A stretch of 24,448 nucleotides of DNA, taken from a virus. Lineage: Duplodnaviria > Caudoviricetes. The notes below the pieces were generated by a model that saw only the letters and a program-made list of their open reading frames with translations, was not told where the DNA came from and made no database searches. A program made the position numbers and the translations under genes. Positions 7,517 to 15,876 of the stretch are shown here, in pieces (within the stretch, counting starts at the first letter, position 1; each line of letters starts with the position of its first letter). The stretch is taken from IMG/VR virus record IMGVR_UViG_3300038797_000107, positions 1 through 24,448 of that record, one strand, 5' to 3'.

Positions 7517-8677
7517 TTAGGCTACGTCGAGAACTTGGGTCAGGTATTCATCGGTCACCTCGATTTCAAAAATCGGGTTCTCGGCAGGCGGCACATCGGT
7601 GAAGCGGATCACCCAGATGATTTTGCCCTGGGCCAGCTGGCTGGCCGTGTTGCGCTCGGCGTCGGCGTAGACCTCGAAGTCGATCACCGCCCCGGCGGCC
7701 TTGAGGTCGCGCATGAAGGCCTGCACCGTCTCGGTCACATCCTTGACATAGCTTTTGGTGATCCCGAGGTCGACGGCCCATTTCATGCCGGCACGCACGG
7801 CCGCCATCACCATGTCCACGGTGCGCACCCGCGTGACGAATGCCCACTTGCTATCGCTCGACAGCGTGCGGTTGCCCCACAGGCGATAACCGCCGTCGCG
7901 AATGATGGTGGTGATATTGGCGTTGTTGAGCAGGTTGGCCCGGCAAGTCGGGTCGTTGTCCAGGTACTCGACCGCCCGCACGGTGCCGGTAATGTTCTTG
8001 ATTTCCTTGTTGGACGGCGAAGCCCAGAAACCAATGTTCGCGTCGGTTTGCGCGAACAGACCGGCCGCCACCGGCGAGCCCGCCAGGCCCTCATCGCCGT
8101 TACTGGTAACGCTCCACTTCTTGACGCCGGGATCGACCATGTACAGCCGCTTGCTGCCAAACTCGGTGGCATAGGCAATGGCCGCCTCGTCAGTGGTACC
8201 CGGCCCGTCGATCAGGCCCAAGGCTTCCAGCTTGTCTGCCAAGGTATCCATGGCGGTGGCCACCGCCTTGGTGGCCGAGTGCTTGGGAGCCAGCAACAGC
8301 CGTGGGTGCTGGTTGAACAGGCTTTTGGCATCGAGCAAAGCCTGCAGGCCGCTGCGCTTGCCATCGGCCGCCACACCGCCGATCACCGCGCTGGTGATGC
8401 TGGCCGGTGTGCCGGCAGACGTAACACCCACGGCGATGATCACGGCCTTGGCCTGGTCGAGAATCTGCAGGCAGGCTTTGGTCAGCGGCGAGTTAGGGCC
8501 GAACGCCGCCACGGCCTCGCGGTCGCTAACGACCATCACCGGCGTATTGGGCTCAGCCAAGCCCACCCCAGGGGTGTATATGTCGACAATGCCGATCACC
8601 GACGACGAGGGCACGCTGATGGTGCGCCCACCCAAATTGACTAGCGAGGTCGTCACGCCATGAAAAAAGTTAGCCAT
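7517..8677 (-). CDS. FI: Tail sheath protein (P2 FI family)
   Basis: FFHGVT, SGLQALLDA, GFWASPSNKEI, GYRLWGNRTLSSD and PPAEN motifs. Confidence 0.96.
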   Translation of the reverse strand: MANFFHGVTTSLVNLGGRTISVPSSSVIGIVDIYTPGVGLAEPNTPVMVVSDREAVAAFGPNSPLTKACLQILDQAKAVIIAVGVTSAGTPASITSAVIGGVAADGKRSGLQALLDAKSLFNQHPRLLLAPKHSATKAVATAMDTLADKLEALGLIDGPGTTDEAAIAYATEFGSKRLYMVDPGVKKWSVTSNGDEGLAGSPVAAGLFAQTDANIGFWASPSNKEIKNITGTVRAVEYLDNDPTCRANLLNNANITTIIRDGGYRLWGNRTLSSDSKWAFVTRVRTVDMVMAAVRAGMKWAVDLGITKSYVKDVTETVQAFMRDLKAAGAVIDFEVYADAERNTASQLAQGKIIWVIRFTDVPPAENPIFEIEVTDEYLTQVLDVA

Positions 8678-8697
8678 GTATGCTCCCTATAGAAACG

Positions 8698-8718
8698 AAA
8701 AAACCGCCTAAGGGCGGT
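8698..8718 (-). terminator. Intrinsic terminator-like hairpin between fibre and sheath genes
   Basis: Minus strand ACCGCC-CTTA-GGCGGT-TTTTT, just upstream of the sheath RBS. Confidence 0.7.
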
Positions 8719-8748
8719 CGTGTTGAACAGTTTGAAATGTGTTGAGCG

Positions 8749-10323
8749 TTAGCCCGCTCGGAAGCCAATGGCGAACCAGTACAGCGCGAAGTCCTGTACC
8801 GAATTGGACCACTCGCCAATCATGATGTTGAAGCTTTGCCCCGATGTTTTGCCCTCCATGATCGCCGGCGTGAGGGTGGCGGCCGGCACCCCTGGGTTGC
8901 TCTTGTGGTAGATCACCGGAATGACAATGAACGGCGCAGCCGAGAAACCACCCGAGTGGAACCACACCTGGTACTCGGTGAACTGGCTGGGCAAGTCGCC
9001 CACGTTCAAGCGCCCCCACTGAGCCATAAAGCCGTTGTCGGTGTCCCAGTAGAAACCGTTCTGTGCCCCTGAGAACTGCGAGCGCACTGCCGCGTTGAGC
9101 GCGGTTCGCGCACTGTCAGGCGTGTTGCCCCCGGTACCGCCCCGGTGGATGGGCAGAATGCCGCTCACCAGTTTGCTAACGTCCATGCCCGCCAGGCTCA
9201 GGGCAATCGACAGGTTCTGCGAGCCGTCAAACACCCCCTGCCCGGTTGCGTCACCGGTGAAACTCAGCGTCCGCCCCGTCTGCAGCTTGCTCGCGCTGCC
9301 GGCATTGCCCGTGGTCGGCCGGCTCAGGGTACCGGTGGTGATCTTGGTCGCGTCCAGACTGGGGATATCAGCAGCCGTCAGCGCCGCGCCCTCCAGCACC
9401 AGGCCCTTGGCGCTGACCCGCACCTTGGAATAGGTACCGGCCTGCACACCGGTGCTGCCCAGGCTGAGGGTAATGGCCACATCCTTGGCACCGTCAAACT
9501 GAGCCTGCCCGCCCACATCACCGTCAAAGGTGAACAGGCGCGGCGTCTGCAGTTTGGTAGCGCTGCCGGCGTTGCCGGTGGTCGGCCGGCTCAGGATGCC
9601 GGTGGTGATCTTGGCCGCGTCCAGGCTGGGAATATCAGCGGCGGTCAGCTCCGCCCCCTCCAGCACCAGACCCTTGGCGCTGACCCGGACCTTGGTATGG
9701 GTACCGGCCTGCACCCCGGAATTGGCCAGGGTGACATTGATCGCCGCGTCACCGGCGCCGTTGAACTTGGCCGCACCGGTGGCATCACCCTTGAGCGAAA
9801 TGGTGCGCTCGGTGGCCAGTGCGCGGGCCGTGGCGGCCTCGCCCTGACTGATAGCCTCCTGCACCACTGCCAGGGTGGCCGTTACCGTGTTGGGGTCCTG
9901 CAGAATCTGCACATTGGCGGTGCTGCTCACCTGTATCAGCAGGCGAATCACTTGAGTGCGGCCGCTGCCCTGCTCCTGCAGCGGCTTATAGGTCGCGGGG
10001 TAGCTGGCCACCGCGACCAGAACGCCGGTGTCGTCGTACAGGCCGACCTCACGCACCCACCAGCCACCGACCTCCGGCTGCAGGATGCCCTCGGCCACAA
10101 TCACCGGCCTGCCGCTCTCAACTGAAAGGCGGTTGAGGTTGACCCGGAACACCTCGTGAATCAGCTTCTTCTGCAGCTTGGATGGCAGCGGCGTACTGCC
10201 GTTGCCATCCCCTACCGCCATACGGGTGATCTTGAGGGTGCTCTTGGTGGCGATGGCTTTCGCCAGCGCAGCCGCGCCCGCGTCAGTCAGCATGGCGACG
10301 TAAATCGCGTCTGTATCTGCCAT
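8749..10323 (-). CDS. gpH: Tail fibre protein (P2 gpH-like), 524 aa from the MADTD start
   Basis: N-terminal baseplate-binding domain (LTDAGAAALA, MAVGDGNG, VGGWWVREVGLYD, TYKP..GSGRTQVIR), 89-aa shaft repeats and a C-terminal 'NGFMAQWG' domain. The upstream ORF-track start overlaps the previous gene and was not used. Confidence 0.92.
   Translation of the reverse strand: MADTDAIYVAMLTDAGAAALAKAIATKSTLKITRMAVGDGNGSTPLPSKLQKKLIHEVFRVNLNRLSVESGRPVIVAEGILQPEVGGWWVREVGLYDDTGVLVAVASYPATYKPLQEQGSGRTQVIRLLIQVSSTANVQILQDPNTVTATLAVVQEAISQGEAATARALATERTISLKGDATGAAKFNGAGDAAINVTLANSGVQAGTHTKVRVSAKGLVLEGAELTAADIPSLDAAKITTGILSRPTTGNAGSATKLQTPRLFTFDGDVGGQAQFDGAKDVAITLSLGSTGVQAGTYSKVRVSAKGLVLEGAALTAADIPSLDATKITTGTLSRPTTGNAGSASKLQTGRTLSFTGDATGQGVFDGSQNLSIALSLAGMDVSKLVSGILPIHRGGTGGNTPDSARTALNAAVRSQFSGAQNGFYWDTDNGFMAQWGRLNVGDLPSQFTEYQVWFHSGGFSAAPFIVIPVIYHKSNPGVPAATLTPAIMEGKTSGQSFNIMIGEWSNSVQDFALYWFAIGFRAG
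9193..9816 (-). repeat. 267-bp (89-aa) tandem repeats in the tail fibre shaft, two full copies and one partial
   Basis: GVQAGT(H/Y)(T/S)KVRVSAKGLVLEGA.LTAADIPSLDA.KITTG.LSRPTTGNAGSA.KLQT repeated. DNA anchors at 9701 and 9434. Confidence 0.93.
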
Positions 10324-10344
10324 TGGTTCGCTCTTGAAGTAAGG

Positions 10345-10365
10345 GGCCTGCCGTCGCGGCAGGCC
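10345..10365. other. Perfect 9-bp stem-loop in the gap between the hydrolase-like gene and the tail fibre
   Basis: GGCCTGCCG-TCG-CGGCAGGCC, with only a weak U-tract on the minus strand. Confidence 0.6.
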
Positions 10366-10373
10366 GTGAAGCG

Positions 10374-13214
10374 CTAAGCGGGCACAGGCCCGCCGTAGAT
10401 GTTGGCCCCGACGCCCAAGGTCCGGTACTGGATGTACAGGCCAAGCCCGCGCAGGATTTCCCCGGCCCAAAAGCCAAAGAACATGCCGTTATCGGTGCCC
10501 AGGCGCGGATCGGGGGTCCAGCTGCCGTTCATGGCATGACTAGGAATGGGCGTTACCGTGTAGTTCGCCTGCAGCTCGTCCATGCACGCCTCGATAAGCA
10601 CATTAAGGTCAGCCACCTGACTGCCGGCCATCGCCGCCAGGCATGCACCGGCCAGCCACAGCCCGGTCATGTGCCCGGTAAAGTCATCCTCCACCGGCTT
10701 GGGTACGCTGTTGGTCGGGAAGTCGGTCGGCAAGATCCCCTTGGAGTCCTTGACGAACTGCACCAGCCAGCGCAGCCAGTTCTCGGCGTAGGCGACCAGC
10801 TTGGGCGGCACGGGCTTGCCCCGGTGCACCAGCTCGTACCAGGCCCTGCAGGCGCCCATCATCGCCCTGGGCTGGTAGCCGGCCCAGGCATTGCCATCGC
10901 CCCAGTGATACTGGGTCCAAGTGTCGGCCGGGCCGTAGCGGTAGTTATCCCAGCGATTCCAGATGTACGCAGCTGCGCCAGGCCCGAGGACGCCGAATTT
11001 CTGTTGGTACCACTGCTGCGAGTCGTACAGGAAATCGATCATGTTCCCCAGCTCGACGCTGTACGTCTCAGGGTCCAGGCAGAAGATCAGCGGGTACTGA
11101 TAGCCGGGATAGGGCATGCCGTGCCAGGCGCCAATCTGCTCGGTGCCGTCCGAGTAGATATTGGAAAACGGAATCACCCCAGGGCTGTAGGCCAACGAGT
11201 CGTTGCGATAGCCAACCACCGTGCAATCGCCCACCAGGCCGCGAAACGCCTGCTGACCGTTGAGGGTCAGCCGGTACAGCATCGTGTAGCCGTCCACCCC
11301 GTCGTACAGGTCGGGCAGCTCGTTGATGCAGTAATACTCAAACGTCAGATTCGTGTCGGCGTCGTTGTCCAGCAGAATGTCCATTTCCGCCAGCTCGTCG
11401 TAGTTCGGCGCTGACGGGTTCGGCCGGCCGGCCGCGTTGGGCTGGTAGCCTGACAGCGTGCCGTCCTGGGGGCGGATCTGCACAGTGGAAAACGCGCCAT
11501 CCGTGGCCGGCAGCATCCACCACCACCGCCAGCCGTCCTTGTCCTGAATACGGACGTTGAAATTGCCGTCCGCCCGGTAGGTAATGCTTTTGAGCGGCGC
11601 CTTTTTGCTCGGCTGCAGGTAATTGCCGATCACATACCACCCGCCATTGCCGCCGCCCGGGAAGAACGAGCGCACCACGTTGCCCGCTCGACCGGGAAAG
11701 ATCACCGGCACATGCCGCTCTTGCGACGTAATGTCGGCCGAGTGCACCACCGCGCGCAGGTCCGCCATGATGAACTCGGACCCATCATCCTTGGCCACCC
11801 GGTAGAACTGCGACAGCGGGATATCGTGCTGCAGTACCTGCCAGCTTGAGGTCGATTCCGGCAGCATGTAGCAGTAACGGGTGCCGGTGTTCTCGACCTT
11901 CTCCGGGGCAATCGTGACCTCGACCTTGGCAGTCAGCGCGCCGTTTGCCTGGTCGACACCGCCGAAGCTGGTCCGCACCTTGGAATCCTTGCCGACACGG
12001 AACCACACCGATTGTTGCTCGATCGACACCTGGGCGCCCATATCGGTCTGCAGCGTGATGTAGCCCTGCGAGTCGCGGCCGTACTCCCGTTTCGCCTCGC
12101 TGGGGTAGGCGAACTCGTAGGAAATGCCGTCTGTAAACGGCGTGGCGGCCACCGTGCTCTGCCGGAAAAACCGGTCGGTCGAGTCGATCAGGGTGTACTC
12201 ATGAGCCGTGAACAGGCAGGCGTCCATGGCTTTCTTGTAGCGTTCCTCGCCGGTGATACGCCACAGCAGATAACAGGCGTCCATGTACCACAGTTCGCCG
12301 TCTGCAGCGTTGCCCATCTGGTTGATGCCACCCAGCAGCGGCACATGCAACGGGCGGTTGTGCTGTACCGCATTGCGCGGGATCAGGTAGCCGCCATGCT
12401 CGACCGGTTGCCGGGTGGCGTAGTTGAACAGGTGGGTCCCGTTGAGGGTGGTGTCCTTGAGTTGCACCCGGCCGATATCGGCGCCGGTGTGCCCTTCTGA
12501 CAACACCCTACCGTCGAGGGTGATTTTCTGGCCGGTGTGGGCAATGATCCAATCCACCTCATACACCGTACCGTCCTTGTCCCAGTCGGTCGAGCCGTCT
12601 TCACGCAGCGCGCGCACGCCGGCATTGATCGCCCCCCAGGCCAGCGCCCCGTCAAAGGCAAACGTAGCTTTGTCCAGGTACTCGCCCCAGTGCGGTGCGC
12701 CGTGCGGAATCGACAGGGTGCCATTGGTGAAGGCGAACGGCACGCCCTTGAAGCCGCTGTGCGTCGGCTCGACAGGGTCCACCGGCCAGTTGGCCAGCAC
12801 CGGCTCCTTTGAATTGATGATCCAGTTACAGATACGCCGCTGCGGCGTGTCAGGGATCGGCTGGCCCGCATAGAAATACTGCTCGTAGGCCTCCCAGTGC
12901 CATATGGCCGCCTCCAGATAGCGCGGGTCCTGGGTCGCCAGGTAGGCATGGGCATAGCCCAGGATATGCAGCGCCTGGCCCTCGGTGGTCCCGTCGCCAT
13001 TGGGCTGGTACTCCATCTGCGAATGGGCGATGAAATGCCGGTTGTTCGAGAGGACGCCCTGGTTGTTCTGCACATAGTGCTGCACCGTCGCGTCGACGGT
13101 GTCGCCGGTGTTGTTGCGAAGAAAACGGTGATGGCCCTCGATCAGGCTGACGGCATTGGCCAGCGCCGTGCGCTGGCTGACCGGCCGCCGACTGTTGAGC
13201 GGATTAAGAAACAT
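10374..13214 (-). CDS. Large tail-associated protein with GH8-like (alpha/alpha)6 glycoside hydrolase motifs and beta-rich inserts (946 aa from the MFLNP start)
   Basis: GTTEGQALHILGY resembles the GH8 TTSEGQSY catalytic-acid motif. NAADGELWYMDACYLLWRITGEERY resembles the GH8 SASDGD.W...L..A...W....Y motif. Trp/Tyr-rich, no signal peptide. The start overlaps the stop of the upstream ORF by 11 nt. The CDS itself is well supported; the function is inferred. Confidence 0.7.
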   Translation of the reverse strand: MFLNPLNSRRPVSQRTALANAVSLIEGHHRFLRNNTGDTVDATVQHYVQNNQGVLSNNRHFIAHSQMEYQPNGDGTTEGQALHILGYAHAYLATQDPRYLEAAIWHWEAYEQYFYAGQPIPDTPQRRICNWIINSKEPVLANWPVDPVEPTHSGFKGVPFAFTNGTLSIPHGAPHWGEYLDKATFAFDGALAWGAINAGVRALREDGSTDWDKDGTVYEVDWIIAHTGQKITLDGRVLSEGHTGADIGRVQLKDTTLNGTHLFNYATRQPVEHGGYLIPRNAVQHNRPLHVPLLGGINQMGNAADGELWYMDACYLLWRITGEERYKKAMDACLFTAHEYTLIDSTDRFFRQSTVAATPFTDGISYEFAYPSEAKREYGRDSQGYITLQTDMGAQVSIEQQSVWFRVGKDSKVRTSFGGVDQANGALTAKVEVTIAPEKVENTGTRYCYMLPESTSSWQVLQHDIPLSQFYRVAKDDGSEFIMADLRAVVHSADITSQERHVPVIFPGRAGNVVRSFFPGGGNGGWYVIGNYLQPSKKAPLKSITYRADGNFNVRIQDKDGWRWWWMLPATDGAFSTVQIRPQDGTLSGYQPNAAGRPNPSAPNYDELAEMDILLDNDADTNLTFEYYCINELPDLYDGVDGYTMLYRLTLNGQQAFRGLVGDCTVVGYRNDSLAYSPGVIPFSNIYSDGTEQIGAWHGMPYPGYQYPLIFCLDPETYSVELGNMIDFLYDSQQWYQQKFGVLGPGAAAYIWNRWDNYRYGPADTWTQYHWGDGNAWAGYQPRAMMGACRAWYELVHRGKPVPPKLVAYAENWLRWLVQFVKDSKGILPTDFPTNSVPKPVEDDFTGHMTGLWLAGACLAAMAGSQVADLNVLIEACMDELQANYTVTPIPSHAMNGSWTPDPRLGTDNGMFFGFWAGEILRGLGLYIQYRTLGVGANIYGGPVPA

Positions 13215-13722
13215 CGAGCCACCCCCCGTCATAGAACCCGGACCAGCGCACACCATCCCACAGGAACGTCAGCAGGTCGGCCGAGCCCTTTTCAAACGAC
13301 AGCACCGGCGGGCGGTTTGCCGGCCAGCGGACGTTGTTCGGGAACGTCACTCGGTTGGCTCCGGTGCCCTGCTGCAGACGCACCGAGAACGACCAGGTAT
13401 AGCCCGGTGGCACTGCCGAGTTGGTGAAGGTCAGCGCGCACTGCGGCTGGTCTAGCGTCACATCGAAAAAGGACACCCCGGCGGTATAGGCCACATCCAG
13501 CGCCAAAGCGCTGCCAGCAGCTGCAATGGCCTTGCGGCGCGGCAGCAGCAGCCCGCCTGTCAGGTCGGTGATCATCTTGGCCAGTGCCAGGTAGGTAGGC
13601 GACGGCCCCGAAGCCGTCTGCACCGTGGCGTCAGCCGCGCCATGCACAATGTCATGGGCTGTCTGTGCGGCGGCTTCCATCAGGGCGATGGCGGCCGCTT
13701 GGCGGTCGGATAGTTCGCTCAT
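13204..13722 (-). CDS. Hypothetical tail protein, probable adaptor/anchor for the downstream hydrolase-like protein
   Basis: 172 aa, ATGA-coupled to gpI. N-terminal helix plus HDIVHG..TVQTASGPSPT motif; C-terminal beta domain (LQQGTGANRVTFP..VRWP..PPVLS..DLLTF..DG..W.G) of a type seen in phage tail proteins. Confidence 0.7.
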   Translation of the reverse strand: MSELSDRQAAAIALMEAAAQTAHDIVHGAADATVQTASGPSPTYLALAKMITDLTGGLLLPRRKAIAAAGSALALDVAYTAGVSFFDVTLDQPQCALTFTNSAVPPGYTWSFSVRLQQGTGANRVTFPNNVRWPANRPPVLSFEKGSADLLTFLWDGVRWSGFYDGGWLDVS

Positions 13723-14357
13723 GGCTTTTCCAGTAATTCAGGCATTCGGTGGTTGGCGAAGTAATGCAGGTCATTGGCCAGCATCATCAGCTCCAGGTCA
13801 GCAAAGGCCTCAGCCTGCAGATCGGCCGAAAGAATCTCGGTTTCGTCACCCGAGGACACGGCCGCGCCCATGTAGAACTGGCCGTTGGGGCTGTAGGTGA
13901 TGCTTAACCCGACCAGGTGCCGGCTAACCGGCTTGGTCGACAGAATCATGCGCTCCAGCTCGGCAATCCCACGGTCACTGAGGCCGGTATTCAGCAGCGC
14001 CAGGCTCAGGCTGAAAGTGCCGGGTGGCCCCATGGGAGTCAGGTCGAACCACTCGACAATGTCGATGATGTCGGCAAACGGCGAAATGACCTGGCGCAGC
14101 GAGGCGATGGTGCCTTTGCGCTGGTGCACCTCGAACGAGTCGCGCACCGTCTGGCGTTTGATCTCCTCGGTCCATGCGGGGTCCCAGCGGTCCACGCTGC
14201 GCTCAATCGCCAGCCACGGCAGCATCTCGGCCGGGCAGGTTTCTGGCCGTTTCATCGAGCGCAGTACGTTGGCCAGGTCGGCGGGCTCCAGCCCCACCTG
14301 CGCCAGGGCATCCTCCAGTCCGGTGCGGTTGATCGGCAGCAGGCTGGTGTCACTCAT
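13719..14357 (-). CDS. gpI: Baseplate/tail protein I (P2 gpI)
   Basis: SLLP.N.T.LE, CP..MLPWLA..SVDRWD..W, H..KGT, EWF and KPVSRHL motifs. The start overlaps the gpJ stop (ATGAGTGA). Confidence 0.93.
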   Translation of the reverse strand: MSDTSLLPINRTGLEDALAQVGLEPADLANVLRSMKRPETCPAEMLPWLAIERSVDRWDPAWTEEIKRQTVRDSFEVHQRKGTIASLRQVISPFADIIDIVEWFDLTPMGPPGTFSLSLALLNTGLSDRGIAELERMILSTKPVSRHLVGLSITYSPNGQFYMGAAVSSGDETEILSADLQAEAFADLELMMLANDLHYFANHRMPELLEKP

Positions 14358-15240
14358 CGGTACCACCCATCACAACGGTGGAGCCGATGCAGTTGGATGC
14401 CTGGTGGTCCTCGATCACATAGTCTGCAGCCGGCTTGACCAGCTCCACCCGCTGCACGCGTGACACATGCAGCGCGGCATGGATGGCCGAGCGGCGAATG
14501 TCCCGGCCCAATCGGCGCTGCGCGTTGATGTAGGTATCCAAGGAAGTCTTGGCCTGCGCCAGGGCCAGCTCGTTCTCGGCACCCGGAAACATATACAGCA
14601 CCGCTTCAATCTCGTAGTTGACCAGCTCGGCCGACTTCACCAGCACCCGGTCGCCTACTGGCCGGATATTCTCAGGCGTCAGCGCCTGGGAAACCTTGTT
14701 GAGCAAGTCCTGGGTAGCCACCCCACCATTCACTCGGCTAAGGACGCTGACCAGCACGGTGGCCGGCGACGGGCTGCTGGCCTTCACATCCGCCACCCGC
14801 CCATCAGCGGATCGGGCGTGAAACTCATACGCACCGGCCGGCCCGGCCACCGCCATGCCCTCGAAGGCCAGCAGGGTGCGCTCGGCCAAAGATTCGTCGC
14901 TTTCCAGCTGCTCGGCCACCGGCGGTACCGCGCTCAGGTCCTCCGCCACGATCACCAGGCGCTTGACGTTGTAGTTGGCGGCCAGCTGATCGAGGTCGGC
15001 GCGCTGGGCGAAGGCAATGAACTGCGACTTGGCCGCATCGTTGATACGGGCGCGGGTCATCACCTTTTCATAGGCCGCACGCTCCAGCAGCTTGACCACC
15101 GGATCAGATAGCAACTCGGCGTTCCAGTTGTTGCCCATCAGGGCGCGAAAGCCCGTCAGGCCTTCCTGATAGAACGTTTCAAAGTCCAGTTCCTCGATCA
15201 CCGTAGGCGCCGGCAGGCTGGCCAGGTCAATGGTGCTCAT
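14350..15240 (-). CDS. gpJ: Baseplate assembly protein J
   Basis: IDLASLPAP..IEELDFE, SDPVVKLLE, VAGP.GAYEFHARSADGRVAD, RRLGRDIRRSAI.AALHV. Confidence 0.95.
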   Translation of the reverse strand: MSTIDLASLPAPTVIEELDFETFYQEGLTGFRALMGNNWNAELLSDPVVKLLERAAYEKVMTRARINDAAKSQFIAFAQRADLDQLAANYNVKRLVIVAEDLSAVPPVAEQLESDESLAERTLLAFEGMAVAGPAGAYEFHARSADGRVADVKASSPSPATVLVSVLSRVNGGVATQDLLNKVSQALTPENIRPVGDRVLVKSAELVNYEIEAVLYMFPGAENELALAQAKTSLDTYINAQRRLGRDIRRSAIHAALHVSRVQRVELVKPAADYVIEDHQASNCIGSTVVMGGTDE

Positions 15241-15563
15241 ATGCTTACCTCAAGGTTCACGCTGTCCTCGTAATAGGTGCCAGTGATGCGAAAGCCGATC
15301 TGGCCACCCACCGCAGAAACCACCTGCACGCTCTGCAGGACCAGGCGCGGCTCCCAACGCTGGAGCGCCCGCGCAGCCTCGGCCTGCACCGCGCTTTTCC
15401 AGCCGGCGTTAACCGGCTGGTCGACAAACCGGCGCAGCTTGCTGCCGTACTCCGGCCGCATCAGGCGCGACCCCACCGGTGTGGTCAGAATGTCCACGAT
15501 GGACTGCCGCAAGTGATCGACCCCGGACAACACGGCGCCGGTGTGGCGGTCCATTCCGATCAT
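15237..15563 (-). CDS. Baseplate wedge protein (P2 gpW/gp25 family)
   Basis: GMDRHTG, HLRQSI.DILTTPVGSRLMRPEYGS, RWEPR. Confidence 0.95.
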   Translation of the reverse strand: MIGMDRHTGAVLSGVDHLRQSIVDILTTPVGSRLMRPEYGSKLRRFVDQPVNAGWKSAVQAEAARALQRWEPRLVLQSVQVVSAVGGQIGFRITGTYYEDSVNLEVSI

Positions 15564-15569
15564 GGGGGG

Positions 15570-15791
15570 TTACTCCTGCACGCGCTGGAAATCCGGGTGC
15601 TCATCGAAGGTGGCCAGCGCCTCGTCGTCCGAGGCCGGAACCCGAACCTCGAAATTGACCACATCGAACTGGGCGCCGCTGGGGGTGAAAATGGAGCGGG
15701 AGCGGAACGCCGCGTCTCGGTACAACACTCGTTGGGGGTCGACGGCCACAGGGGCCTCCGAAGCGGCCGCAGCCGCCTTTTGGGTCGCCAT
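15570..15791 (-). CDS. Small hypothetical protein (73 aa)
   Basis: Strong AGGAG RBS 7 nt before ATG, host-like codon use, and it fills the gap between gpV and the wedge gene. Confidence 0.75.
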   Translation of the reverse strand: MATQKAAAAASEAPVAVDPQRVLYRDAAFRSRSIFTPSGAQFDVVNFEVRVPASDDEALATFDEHPDFQRVQE

Positions 15792-15808
15792 GGGTTTCTC
15801 CTGGCATG

Positions 15809-15831
15809 AAAAAGCCCGCGCGCGGCGGGCT
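15809..15831 (-). terminator. Intrinsic terminator-like hairpin after gpV
   Basis: Minus strand AGCCCGC-CGCGC-GCGGGCT-TTTT. Confidence 0.7.
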
Positions 15832-15876
15832 GGTAGTTATCAGAGCTACGGCGCATGAGCGCCCGCCTGCTGTAAA

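Noticed and set aside
5377-8644. Long plus-strand ORFs (5377-6999, 540 aa; 7505-8644, 379 aa) and similar ones elsewhere (9145-10125, 10536-11414, 17980-18828, 20860-21726, 22462-23298)
   Set aside because: They are antisense shadows of clear phage genes in GC-rich DNA, with no recognisable motifs or RBS.
8749-9816. Diversity-generating retroelement or invertase-driven fibre switching
   Set aside because: The fibre repeats are in-frame shaft repeats without adenine-specific differences. No reverse transcriptase, template repeat, invertase or inverted crossover sites are seen in the window.
15792-15876. Possible moron or accessory insertion site after gpV
   Set aside because: Only 85 bp with a terminator-like hairpin and an RBS; no independent gene or clear promoter.
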